Below, piece after piece: positions 51,301 through 64,000 of a stretch of DNA of 64,000 nt. Made by a program: the position numbers and the translations under genes. Each line of letters starts with the position of its first letter. Positions within the stretch are counted from its first letter, which is position 1. The stretch spans positions 62,001-126,000 of the forward strand of contig JBHGNT010000066.1 in assembly GCA_043228905.1 (NCBI GenBank), in the 5' to 3' direction. The DNA is from Azolla caroliniana (taxonomy: Eukaryota > Plantae > Polypodiophyta). The notes under the pieces were generated by a model that ran no database searches, was not told the DNA's origin, and saw only the letters and a list, made by a program, of their open reading frames with translations.

Positions 51301-52477
51301 GCGAGTGTGATATCGGATTTTTGTGTACAAATATTGTGAATCGAAGCTAACAACGATAGCTATGATATGGAATTAAAAAATCAAGATTTTGAAACTCAGG
51401 TCGACAGACATGACGAAGTTACCAAATTTGAGGAGTGAGTTGAGAGGAGCCCTTGAGTAAATTAAAATGTTCATACCTGGCGAGTGTGATATCGGATTTT
51501 TGTGTACAAACATTCGAATCGAAGCTAACAACGCTAGCTATGATATGGAATTAAAAAATCAAGATTTTGAAACTCAGGTCGAGAGACATCACGAAATTAC
51601 CAAATTTGAGGACTAAGGCTGGAAGAGCCAGGAGGTAAATTAAAATGTTCATACCTGGCGAGTGTGATATCGGATTTTTGTGTTCAAACATGCGAATCGA
51701 AGCTAACAACGCTAGCTATGATATGGAATTAAAAAATCAAGATTTTGAAACTCAGGTCGAGAGACATGATGAAATTAGCAAACATGAGGGGTGAGTTGAG
51801 AGGAGCCCTTGAATAAATTAAAATGTTCATACCTGGCGAGTGTGATATCGGATTTTTGTGTTCAAACATGCGAATCGAAGCTAACAACGCTAGCTATGAT
51901 ATGGAATTCAAAAATCAAGATTTTGAAACTCAGGTCGAGAGAGATGACGAAATTAGCAAACATGAGGAGGGAGTTCAGAGGAACCTTTGAGTAAATGAAA
52001 ATGTTCATACCTGGCTCGTGTGATATCGGATTTTTGTGTTCAAACATGCGAATCGAAGCTAACAACGCTAGCTATGATATGGAAATAACAAATCAAGATT
52101 TTGAAACTCAGGTCGAGAGACATGACGAAATTACCAAATTTGAGGAGTGAGTTGAGAGGAGCCCTTGACTAAATTAAAATGTTCATACCTGGTGAGTGTG
52201 ATATCGGATTTTTGTGTTCAAACATGCGAATCGAAGCTAACAACGCTAGCTATGATATGGAATTCAAAAATCAAGATTTTGAAACTCAGGTCGAGAGACA
52301 TGACGAAATTAGCAAACATGAGGAGGGAGTTCAGAGGAACCTTTGAGTAAATTAAAATGTTCATACCTGGCGAGTGTGATATCGGATTTTTGTGTACAAG
52401 CATGCGAGTCGAAGCTAACAACGCTAGCTATGATATGGAATTCAAAAATCAAGATTTTGAAATTCACGTCGAGAGAC

Positions 52478-52578
52478 ATGAATCGGATTTTTGTGTACAA
52501 ACATGCGAATCGAAGCTAACAACGCTAGCTATGATATGGAATTTGACAATCAAGATTTTGAAACTCAGGTCGAGAGAC
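52478..52578 (+). other. 101-bp monomer (77-bp deletion)
   Basis: The junction reads GAGAGACATGA|ATCGGATTTT at 52481/52482. The register shift 52343 to 53156 equals 5x178-77. Confidence 0.92.
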
Positions 52579-54479
52579 ATGACGAAATTAGCAAACATGA
52601 GGAGGGAGTTCAGAGGAACCATTGAGTAAATTAAAATGTTCATACCTGGCTCGTGTGATATCGGATTTTTGTGTACAAACATGCGATTCGAAGCTAGCAA
52701 CGCTACCTATGATATGGAATTCAAAAATCTAGATTTTGAAACTCAGGTCGAGAGACATCACGAAATTACCAAATTTGAGGACTGAGTTGAGAGGAACCCT
52801 TGAGTAAATTAAAATGTTCATACCTGGCGAGTGTGATATCGGATTTTTGTGTACAAACATGCGAATCGAAGCTAACAACGCTAGCTATGATATGGAATTA
52901 AAAAATCAAGATTTTGAAACTCAGGTCGAGAGACATGACGAAATTAGCAAACATGAGAAGTGAGTTGAGAGGAGCCCTTGAGTAAATTAAAATGTTCATA
53001 CCTGGCGAGTGTGATATCGGATTTTTGTGTACAAACATGCGAATCGAAGCTAACAACGCTAGCTATGATATGGAATTAAAAAATCAAGATTTTGAAACTC
53101 AGGTCGAGAGACATGACGAAATTAGCAAACATGAGGAAGGAGTTCAGAGGAACCATTGAGTAAATTAAAATGTTCATACCTGGCTCGTGTGATATCGGAT
53201 TTTTGTGTTCAAACATGTGAATCGAAGCTAACAACGCTAGCTATGATATGGTATGAAAAAATCAAGATTTTGAAACTCAGGTCGAGAGACATGACGAAAT
53301 TAACAAACATGAGGGGTGAGTTGAGAGGAGCCCTTGAGTAAATTAAAATGTTCATACCTGGCGAGTGTGATATCGGATTTTTGTGTTCAAACATGCGAAT
53401 CGAAGCTAACAACGCTAGCTATGATATAGAATTAACAAATCAAGATTTTGAAACTCAGGTCGAGAGACATGACGAAACTAGAAAATTTGAGGAGTGAGGT
53501 TGGAAGAGCCAGTACGTAAATTAAAATGTTCATACCTGGCTCGTGTGATATCGGATTTTTGTGTTCAAACATGAGAATCGAAGCTAACAACGCTAGCTAT
53601 GATATGGAATTAACAAATCAAGATTTTGAAACTCAGGTCGAGAGACATCACGAAATTACCAAATTTGAGGACTGAGTTGAGAGGAACCCTTGAGTAAATT
53701 AAAATGTTCATACCTGGCGAGTGTGATATCGGATTTTTGTGTACAAACATGCGAATCGAAGCTAACAACGCTAGCTATGATATGGAATTAACAAATCAAG
53801 ATTTTGAAACTCAGGTCGAGAGACATGACGAAACTAGCAAATTTGAGGAGTGAGGTTGGAAGAGCCAGTACGTAAATTAAAATGTTCATACCTGGCGAGT
53901 GTGATATCGGATTTTTGTGTTGAAACATGCGAATCGAAGCTAACAACGCTAGCTATGATATGGAATTCAAAAATCAAGATTTTGAAACTCAGGTCGAGAG
54001 ACATGACGAAATTAGCAAACATGAGGATTCAGTTGAGAGGAGCCCTTGACTAAATTAAAATGTTCATACCTAGCGAGTGTGATATCGGATTTCTGTGTTC
54101 AAACATGCGAATCGAAGCTAACAACGCTAGCTATGATATGGAATTCAAAAATCAAGATTTTGAAACTCAGGTCGAGAGAGATGACGAAATTAGCAAACAT
54201 GAGGAGTGAGTTGAGAGGAGCCCTTGAGTAAATTAAAATGTTCATACCTAGCGAGTGTGATATCGGATTTTTGTGTACAAACATGCGAGTCGAAGCTAAC
54301 AACGCTAGCTATGATATGGATTTCAAAAATAAAGATTTTGAAACTCAGATCGAGAGACATGACGAAATTAGCAAACATGAGGAGTGAGTTGAGAGGAGGC
54401 CTTGAGTAAATTAAAATGTTCATACCTAGCGAGTGTGATATCGGATTTTTGTGTACAAACACGCGAATCGAAGCTAACA

Positions 54480-57225
54480 ACGCTAGCTATGATATGGAAT
54501 TCAAAAATCAAGATTTTGAAACTCAGGTCGAGAGACATGACGAAATTAGCAAACATGAGGAGGGAGTTCAGAGGAACCATTGAGTAAATTAAAATGTTCA
54601 TACCTGGCTCGTGTGATATCGGCTTTTTGTGTTCAAACATGAGAATCGAAGCTAACAACGCTAGCTATGATATGGTATGAAAAAATCAAGATTTTGAAAC
54701 TCAGGTCGAGAGACATGACGAAATTAGCAAACATGAGGATTCAGTTGAGAGGAGCCATTGAGTAAATTAAAATGTTCATACCTGGCTCGTGTGATATCGG
54801 ATTTTTGTGTTGAAACATGCGAATCGAAGGTAACAACGCTAGCTATGATATGGAATTAAAAAATCAAGATTTTGAAACTCAGGTCGAGAGACATGACGAA
54901 ATTAGCAAACATGAGGAAGGAGTTCAGAGGAACCATTGAGTAAATTAAAATGTTCCTACCTGGCTCGTGTGATATCGGATTTTTGTGTTCAAACATCAGA
55001 ATCGAAGCTAACAACGCTAGCTATGATATGGAATTCAAAAATCAAGATTTTGAAACTCAGGTCGAGAGACATGACGAAATTAGCAAACATGAGGAGTGAG
55101 TTGAGAGGAGCCGTTGACTAAATTAAAATGTTCATACCTCGCGAGTGTGATATCGGATTTTTGTGTACAAACATGCGAATCGAAGCTAACGACGCTAGCT
55201 ATGATATGGAATTAAAAAATCAAGATTTTGAAACTCAGGTCGAGAGACATGAGAAAATTACCAAATTTGAGGAGTGAGTTGAGAGGAGCCGTTGACTAAA
55301 TTAAAATGTTCATACCTCGCGAGTGTGATATCGGATTTTTGTGTACAAACATGCGAATCGAAGCTAACGACGCTAGCTATGATATGGAATTAAAAAATCA
55401 AGATTTTGAAACTCAGGTCGAGAGACATGAGAAAATTACCAAATTTGAGGAGTGAGTTGAGAGGAGCCCTTGAGTAAATTAAAATGTTCATACCTGGCGA
55501 GTGTGATATCGGATTTTTGTGTACAAATATGCGAATCGAAGCTAACAACGCTAGCTATGATATGGAATTCAAAAATCAAGATTTTGAAACTGAGGTCGAG
55601 AGAGATGACGAAATTAGCAAACATGAGGAGGGAGTTCCGAGGAACCTTTGAGTAAATTAAAATGTTCATACCTGGCTCATGTGATATCGGATTTTTGTGT
55701 TCAAACATGCGAATCGAAGCTAACAACGCTAGCTATGATATGGAATTAACAAATCAAGATTTTGTAACTCAGGTCGAGAGACATGACGAACTTAGCAAAC
55801 ATGAGGAGTGAGTTGAGAGGAGCCCTTGAGTAAATTAAAATGTTCATACCTAGCGAGTGTGATATCGGATTTTTGTGTTCAAACATGCGAATAGAAGCTA
55901 ACAACGCTAGCTATGATATGGAATTCAAAACTCAAGATTTTGAAACTCAGGTCGAGAGACATGACGAAATTAGCAAACATGAGGAGGGAGTTCAGAGGAA
56001 CCATTGAGTAAATTAAAATGTTCATACCTGGCTCGTGTGATATCGGCTTTTTGTGTTCAAACATGAGAATCGAAGCTAACAACGCTAGCTATGATATGGT
56101 ATGAAAAAATCAAGATTTTGAAACTCAGGTCGAGAGACATGACGAAATTAGCAAACATGAGGATTCAGTTGAGAGGAGCCATTGAGTAAATTAAAATGTT
56201 CATACCTGGCTCGTGTGATATCGGATTTTTGTGTTGAAACATGCGAATCGAAGGTAACAACGCTAGCTATGATATGGAATTAAAAAATCAAGATTTTGAA
56301 ACTCAGGTCGAGAGACATGACGAAATTAGCAAACATGAGGAAGGAGTTCAGAGGAACCATTGAGTAAATTAAAATGTTCCTACCTGGCTCGTGTGATATC
56401 GGATTTTTGTGTTCAAACATCAGAATCGAAGCTAACAACGCTAGCTATGATATGGAATTCAAAAATCAAGATTTTGAAACTCAGGTCGAGAGACATGACG
56501 AAATTAGCAAACATGAGGAGTGAGTTGAGAGGAGCCGTTGACTAAATTAAAATGTTCATACCTCGCGAGTGTGATATCGGATTTTTGTGTACAAACATGC
56601 GAATCGAAGCTAACGACGCTAGCTATGATATGGAATTAAAAAATCAAGATTTTGAAACTCAGGTCGAGAGACATGAGAAAATTACCAAATTTGAGGAGTG
56701 AGTTGAGAGGAGCCCTTGAGTAAATTAAAATGTTCATACCTGGCGAGTGTGATATCGGATTTTTGTGTACAAATATGCGAATCGAAGCTAACAACGCTAG
56801 CTATGATATGGAATTCAAAAATCAAGATTTTGAAACTCAGGTCGAGAGAGATGACGAAATTAGCAAACATGAGGAGGGAGTTCCGAGGAACCTTTGAGTA
56901 AATTAAAATGTTCATACCTGGCTCATGTGATATCGGATTTTTGTGTTCAAACATGCGAATCGAAGCTAACAACGCTAGCTATGATATGGAATTAACAAAT
57001 CAAGATTTTGTAACTCAGGTCGAGAGACATGACGAACTTAGCAAACATGAGGAGTGAGTTGAGAGGAGCCCTTGAGTAAATTAAAATGTTCATACCTAGC
57101 GAGTGTGATATCGGATTTTTGTGTTCAAACATGCGAATAGAAGCTAACAACGCTAGCTATGATATGGAATTCAAAACTCAAGATTTTGAAACTCAGGTCG
57201 AGAGACATGACGAAATTAGCAAACA
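54480..57225 (+). repeat. 7-monomer HOR, 2 copies; copy 1 has one extra duplicated monomer (offsets 1424 then 1246)
   Basis: ORFs 54936/56360 are offset by 1424 (8x178) and 55470/56716 by 1246 (7x178). The private alleles AAACATCAGA, GTTCCTACC, GAATAGAAG and TTTGTAACTC recur. Confidence 0.87.
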
Positions 57226-57719
57226 TGAGGAGTGAGTTGAGAGGAGCCCTTGAGTAAATTAAAAGGTTCATACCTGGCTAGTGTGATATCGGATTTTTGT
57301 GTTCAAACATGCGATTCGAAGCTAGCAACGCTAGCTATGATATGGAATTACAAAATCAAGATTTTGAAACTCAGGTCGAGAGACATGACGAAATTACCAA
57401 ATTTGAGGAGTGAGTTGAGAGGAGCCCTTGACTAAATTAAAATATTCATACCTGGCTCGTGTGATATCGGATTTTTGTGTACAAATATTGCGAATCGAAG
57501 CTAACAACGTTAGCTATGATATGGAATTAAAAAATCAAGATTTTGAAACTCAGGTCGAGAGACATGACGAAACTAGCAAATTTGAGGAGTGAGGTTGGAA
57601 GAGCCAGTACGTAAATTAAAATGTTCATACCTGGCGAGTGTGATATCGGATTTTTGTGTTGAAACATGCGAATCGAAGCTAACAACGCTAGCTATGATAT
57701 GGAATTCAAAAATTAAGAT

Positions 57720-60700
57720 TTTGAAACTCAGGTCGAGAGAGATCACGAAATTAGCAAACATGAGGAGGGAGTTCAGAGGAACCTTTGAGTAAATTAAAAT
57801 GTTCATACCTGGCTCGTGTGATATCGGATTTTTGTGTACAAACATGCGATTCGAAGCTAGCAACGCTAGCTATGATATGGAATTAAAAAATCAAGATTTT
57901 GAAACTCAGGTCGAGAGACATCACGAAATTACCAAATTTGAGGACTGAGTTGAGAGGAACCCTTGACTAAATTAAAATGTTCATACCTGGCGAGTGTGAT
58001 ATCGGATTTTTGTGTACAAACATGCGAATCGAAGCTAACAACGCTAGCTATGATATGGAATTAACAAATCAAGATTTTGAAACTCAGGTCGAGAGACATG
58101 ACGAAACTAGCAAATTTGAGGAGTGAGGTTGGAAGAGCCAGTACGTAAATTAAAATGTTCATACCTGGCGAGTGTGATATCGGATTTTTGTGTTGAAACA
58201 TGCGAATCGAAGCTAACAACGCTAGCTATGATATGGAATTCAAAAATCAAGGTTTTGAAACTCAGGTCGAGAGAGATGACGAAATTAGCAAACATGAGGA
58301 GGGAGTTCAGAGGAACCTTTGAGTAAATGAAAATGTTCATACCTGGCTCGTGTGATATCGGATTTTTGTGTTCAAACATGAGAATCGAAGCTAACAACGC
58401 TAGCTATGATATGGAATTAACAAATCAAGATTTTGAAACTCAGGTCGAGAGACATGACGAACTTAGCAAACATGAGGAGTGAGTTGAGAGGAGCCCTTGA
58501 GTAAATTAAAATGTTCAAACCTAGCGAGTGTGATATCGGATTTCTGTGTTCAAACATGCGAATCGAAGCTAACAACGCTAGCTATGATATGGAATTCAAA
58601 AATCAAGATTTTGAAACTCAGGTCGAGAGACATGACGAAATTACCAAATTTGAGGAGTGAGTTGAGAGGAGCCCTTGAGTAAATTAAAATGTTCATACCT
58701 GGCGAGTGTGATATCGGATTTTTGTGTACAAACATGCGAATCGAAGCTAACAACGCTAGCTATGATATGAAATTAACAAATCAAGATTTTGAAACTCAGG
58801 TCGAGAGACATGACGAAATTAGCAAACATGAGGAGTGAGTTGAGAGGAGCCCTTGAGTAAATTAAAATGTTCATACCTAGCGAGTGTGATATCGGATTTC
58901 TGTGTTCAAACATGCGAATCAAAGCTAACAACGCTAGCTATGATATGGAATTCAAAAATCAAGATTTTGAAACTCAGGTCGAGAGAGATCACGAAATTAG
59001 CAAACATGAGGAGGGAGTTCAGAGGAACCTTTGAGTAAATTAAAATGTTCATACCTGGCTCGTGTGATATCGGATTTTTGTGTACAAACATGCGATTCGA
59101 AGCTAGCAACGCTAGCTATGATATGGAATTAAAAAATCAAGATTTTGAAACTCAGGTCGAGAGACATCACGAAATTACCAAATTTGAGGACTGAGTTGAG
59201 AGGAACCCTTGAGTAAATTAAAATGTTCATACCTGGCGAGTGTGAAATCGGATTTTTGTGTACAAACATGCGAATCGAAGCTAACAACGCTAGCTATGAT
59301 ATGGAATTAACAAATCAAGATTTTGAAACTCAGGTCGAGAGACATGACGAAACTAGCAAATTTGAGGAGTGAGGTTGGAAGAGCCAGTACGTAAATTAAA
59401 ATGTTCATACCTGGCGAGTGTGATATCGGATTTTTGTGTTGAAACATGCGAATCGAAGCTAACAACGCTAGCTATGATATGGAATTCAAAAATCAAGATT
59501 TTAAAACTGAGGTCGAGAGACATGACGAAATTAGCAAACATGAGGAGGGAGTTCAGAGGAACCTTTGAGTAAATGAAAATGTTCATACCTGGCTCGTGTG
59601 ATATCGGATTTTTGTGTTCAAACATGAGAATCGAAGCTAACAACGCTAGCTGTGATATGGAATTAACAAATCAAGATTTTGAAACTCAGGTCGAGAGACA
59701 TGACGAACTTAGCAAACATGAGGAGTGAGTTGAGAGGAGCCCTTGAGTAAATTAAAATGTTCATACCTAGCGAGTGTGATATCGGATTTCTGTGTTCAAA
59801 CATGCGAATCGAAGCTAACAACGCTAGCTATGATATGGAATTAAAAAATCAAGATTTTGAAACTCAGGTCGAGAGACATCACGAAATTACCAAATTTGAG
59901 GACTAGGTTGAGAGGAACCCTTGAGTAAATTAAAATGTTCATACCTGGCGAGTGTGATATCGGATTTTTGTGTACAAACATGCGAATCGAAGCTAACAAC
60001 GCTAGCTATGATATGGAATTAACAAATCAAGATTTTGAAACTCAGGTCGAGAGACATGACGAAACTAGCAAATTTGAGGAGTGAGGTTGGAAGAGCCAGT
60101 ACGTAAATTAAAATGTTCATACCTGGCGAGTGTGATATCGGATTTTTGTGTTGAAACATGCGAATCGAAGCTAACAACGCTAGCTATGATATGGAATTCA
60201 AAAATCAAGGTTTTGAAACTCAGGTCGAGAGAGATGACGAAATTAGCAAACATGAGGAGGGAGTTCAGAGGAACCTTTGAGTAAATGAAAATGTTCATAC
60301 CTGGCTCGTGTGATATCGGATTTTTGTGTTCAAACATGAGAATCGAAGCTAACAACGCTAGCTATGATATGGAATTAACAAATCAAGATTTTGAAACTCA
60401 GGTCGAGAGACATGACGAACTTAGCAAACATGAGGAGTGAGTTGAGAGGAGCCCTTGAGTAAATTAAAATGTTCAAACCTAGCGAGTGTGATATCGGATT
60501 TCTGTGTTCAAACATGCGAATCGAAGCTAACAACGCTAGCTATGATATGGAATTCAAAAATCAAGATTTTGAAACTCAGGTCGAGAGACATGACGAAATT
60601 ACCAAATTTGAGGAGTGAGTTGAGAGGAGCCCTTGAGTAAATTAAAATGTTCATACCTGGCGAGTGTGATATCGGATTTTTGTGTACAAACATGCGAATC

Positions 60701-63045
60701 GAAGCTAACAACGCTAGCTATGATATGAAATTAACAAATCAAGATTTTGAAACTCAGGTCGAGAGACATGACGAAATTAGCAAACATGAGGAGTGAGTTG
60801 AGAGGAGCCCTTGAGTAAATTAAAATGTTCATACCTAGCGAGTGTGATATCGGATTTCTGTGTTCAAACATGCGAATCAAAGCTAACAACGCTAGCTATG
60901 ATATGGAATTCAAAAATCAAGATTTTGAAACTCAGGTCGAGAGAGATCACGAAATTAGCAAACATGAGGAGGGAGTTCAGAGGAACCTTTGAGTAAATTA
61001 AAATGTTCATACCTGGCTCGTGTGATATCGGATTTTTGTGTACAAACATGCGATTCGAAGCTAGCAACGCTAGCTATGATATGGAATTAAAAAATCAAGA
61101 TTTTGAAACTCAGGTCGAGAGACATCACGAAATTACCAAATTTGAGGACTGAGTTGAGAGGAACCCTTGAGTAAATTAAAATGTTCATACCTGGCGAGTG
61201 TGAAATCGGATTTTTGTGTACAAACATGCGAATCGAAGCTAACAACGCTAGCTATGATATGGAATTAACAAATCAAGATTTTGAAACTCAGGTCGAGAGA
61301 CATGACGAAACTAGCAAATTTGAGGAGTGAGGTTGGAAGAGCCAGTACGTAAATTAAAATGTTCATACCTGGCGAGTGTGATATCGGATTTTTGTGTTGA
61401 AACATGCGAATCGAAGCTAACAACGCTAGCTATGATATGGAATTCAAAAATCAAGGTTTTGAAACTCAGGTCGAGAGAGATGACGAAATTAGCAAACATG
61501 AGGAGGGAGTTCAGAGGAACCTTTGAGTAAATGAAAATGTTCATACCTGGCTCGTGTGATATCGGATTTTTGTGTTCAAACATGAGAATCGAAGCTAACA
61601 ACGCTAGCTATGATATGGAATTAACAAATCAAGATTTTGAAACTCAGGTCGAGAGACATGACGAACTTAGCAAACATGAGGAGTGAGTTGAGAGGAGCCC
61701 TTGAGTAAATTAAAATGTTCAAACCTAGCGAGTGTGATATCGGATTTCTGTGTTCAAACATGCGAATCGAAGCTAACAACGCTAGCTATGATATGGAATT
61801 CAAAAATCAAGATTTTGAAACTCAGGTCGAGAGACATGACGAAATTACCAAATTTGAGGAGTGAGTTGAGAGGAGCCCTTGAGTAAATTAAAATGTTCAT
61901 ACCTGGCGAGTGTGATATCGGATTTTTGTGTACAAACATGCGAATCGAAGCTAACAACGCTAGCTATGATATGAAATTAACAAATCAAGATTTTGAAACT
62001 CAGGTCGAGAGACATGACGAAATTAGCAAACATGAGGAGTGAGTTGAGAGGAGCCCTTGAGTAAATTAAAATGTTCATACCTAGCGAGTGTGATATCGGA
62101 TTTCTGTGTTCAAACATGCGAATCAAAGCTAACAACGCTAGCTATGATATGGAATTCAAAAATCAAGATTTTGAAACTCAGGTCGAGAGAGATCACGAAA
62201 TTAGCAAACATGAGGAGGGAGTTCAGAGGAACCTTTGAGTAAATTAAAATGTTCATACCTGGCTCGTGTGATATCGGATTTTTGTGTACAAACATGCGAT
62301 TCGAAGCTAGCAACGCTAGCTATGATATGGAATTAAAAAATCAAGATTTTGAAACTCAGGTCGAGAGACATCACGAAATTACCAAATTTGAGGACTGAGT
62401 TGAGAGGAACCCTTGAGTAAATTAAAATGTTCATACCTGGCGAGTGTGAAATCGGATTTTTGTGTACAAACATGCGAATCGAAGCTAACAACGCTAGCTA
62501 TGATATGGAATTAACAAATCAAGATTTTGAAACTCAGGTCGAGAGACATGACGAAACTAGCAAATTTGAGGAGTGAGGTTGGAAGAGCCAGTACGTAAAT
62601 TAAAATGTTCATACCTGGCGAGTGTGATATCGGATTTTTGTGTTGAAACATGCGAATCGAAGCTAACAACGCTAGCTATGATATGGAATTCAAAAATCAA
62701 GATTTTAAAACTGAGGTCGAGAGACATGACGAAATTAGCAAACATGAGGAGGGAGTTCAGAGGAACCTTTGAGTAAATGAAAATGTTCATACCTGGCTCG
62801 TGTGATATCGGATTTTTGTGTTCAAACATGAGAATCGAAGCTAACAACGCTAGCTGTGATATGGAATTAACAAATCAAGATTTTGAAACTCAGGTCGAGA
62901 GACATGACGAACTTAGCAAACATGAGGAGTGAGTTGAGAGGAGCCCTTGAGTAAATTAAAATGTTCATACCTAGCGAGTGTGATATCGGATTTCTGTGTT
63001 CAAACATGCGAATCGAAGCTAACAACGCTAGCTATGATATGGAAT
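57720..63045 (+). repeat. Nested 7-mer/11-mer HOR (pattern A7-B4-A7-A7-B)
   Basis: Identical ORFs are at 58107, 60065 and 61311 (offsets 1958=11x178 and 1246=7x178). The B-type ORFs at 59353/62557 are offset by 3204 (18x178). The A marker is GTTCAAACCTAG; the B markers are TTTAAAACTGAGG and GCTGTGATA. Confidence 0.9.
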
Positions 63046-64000
63046 TCAAAAATCAAGATTTTGAAACTCAGGTCGAGAGACATGACGAAATTACCAAATT
63101 TGAGGAGTGAGTTGAGAGGAGCCCTTGAGTAAATTAAAATGTTCATACCTGGCGAGTGTGATATCGGATTTTTGTGTACAAACATGCGAATCGAAGCTAA
63201 CAACGCTAGCTATGATATGAAATTAACAAATCAAGATTTTGAAACTCAGGTCGAGAGACATGACGAAATTAGCAAACATGAGGATTCAATTGAGAGGAGC
63301 CCTTGCCTAAATTAAAATGTTCATACCTAGCGAGTGTGATATCGGATTTTTGTGTACAAACATGCGATTCGAAGCTAGCAACGCTAGCTATGATATGGAA
63401 TTAAAAAATCAAGATTTTGAAACTCAGGTCGAGAGACATCACGAAATTACCAAATTTGAGGAGTGAGTTGAGAGGAGCCCTTGACTAAATTAAAATGTTC
63501 ATACCTCGCGAGTGTGATATCGGATTTTTGTGTACAAATATTGTGAATCGAAGCTAACAACGATAGCTATGATATGGAATTCAAAAATCAAGATTTTGAA
63601 ACTCAGGTCGAGAGACATGACGAAATTACCAAATTTGAGGAGTGAGTTGAGAGGAGCCCTTGACTAAATTAAAATGTTCATACCTGGTGAGTGTGATATC
63701 GGATTTCTGTGTACAAACATGCGAATCGAAGCTAACAACGCTAGCTATGATATGGAATTAACAAATCAAGATTTTGAAACTCAGGTCGAGAGACATGACG
63801 AACTTAGCAAACATGAGGAGTGAGTTGAGAGGAGCCCTTGAGTAAATTAAAATGTTCATACCTAGCGAGTGTGATATCGGATTTCTGTGTTCAAACATGC
63901 GAATCGAAGCTAACAACGCTAGCTATGATATGGAATTCAAAAATCAAGATTTTGAAACTCAGGTCGAGAGAGATGACGAAATTAGCAAACATGAGGAGTG

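Larger units (their letters stand above)
1..64000 (+). repeat. 178-bp tandem satellite array, probably centromeric or pericentromeric, about 360 monomers in one orientation
   Basis: Monomer starts (ATGACGAAATT-type) fall at 1, 179, 357, 535, 713, 891 and 1069, giving a period of 178. The motif AAATCAAGATTTTGAAACTCAGGTCGAGAG recurs to the end of the window with no non-satellite sequence. Length variants of 177 and 179 bp are present. The centromeric role is inferred from unit size and HOR structure, not shown directly. Confidence 0.98.

Noticed and set aside
10-63203. About 200 short ORFs on both strands (MSKLKCSYLA..., MLASIRMFEH...) as a tandem gene family
   Set aside because: They are chance translations of the monomer. 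They mostly begin at TTG/GTG, appear or vanish with single SNPs such as TAA/TCA near position 144, overlap on both strands, and shift frame each unit because 178 is not a multiple of 3. I recognise no protein domain.
1-64000. CRISPR array or other repeat-spacer system
   Set aside because: There are no unique spacers: the whole 178 bp is repeated and variation is limited to shared SNP alleles. No cas or reverse transcriptase genes are present.

Overview
The whole 64 kb is one uninterrupted head-to-tail tandem satellite array of about 360 monomers, all in the same orientation. The basic unit is 178 bp, about 38% GC, with a hand-derived consensus ATGACGAAATTAGCAAACATGAGGAGTGAGTTGAGAGGAGCCCTTGAGTAAATTAAAATGTTCATACCTGGCGAGTGTGATATCGGATTTTTGTGTTCAAACATGCGAATCGAAGCTAACAACGCTAGCTATGATATGGAATTAAAAAATCAAGATTTTGAAACTCAGGTCGAGAGAC. 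Unit length, homogeneity and higher-order repeats (HORs) are typical of a eukaryotic, probably plant, centromeric or pericentromeric satellite. I do not recognise the family, and it is not Arabidopsis CEN178, Brassica CentBr or alpha satellite as I recall them. I see no genes, RNA genes, transposons or CRISPR arrays; all listed ORFs are chance readings of the monomer. The interest lies in the internal architecture. There are local HORs (10-, 11-, 16-, 9- and 7-mers), multi-kb block duplications, and in-register patches apparently copied from distant subfamilies. There are also 132, 139, 101 and 172 bp deletion monomers, a divergent 20-bp cassette, and recurrent variants that perfect a quasi-palindrome. 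Breakpoints were placed by eye and are only resolved to the interval between diagnostic SNPs.
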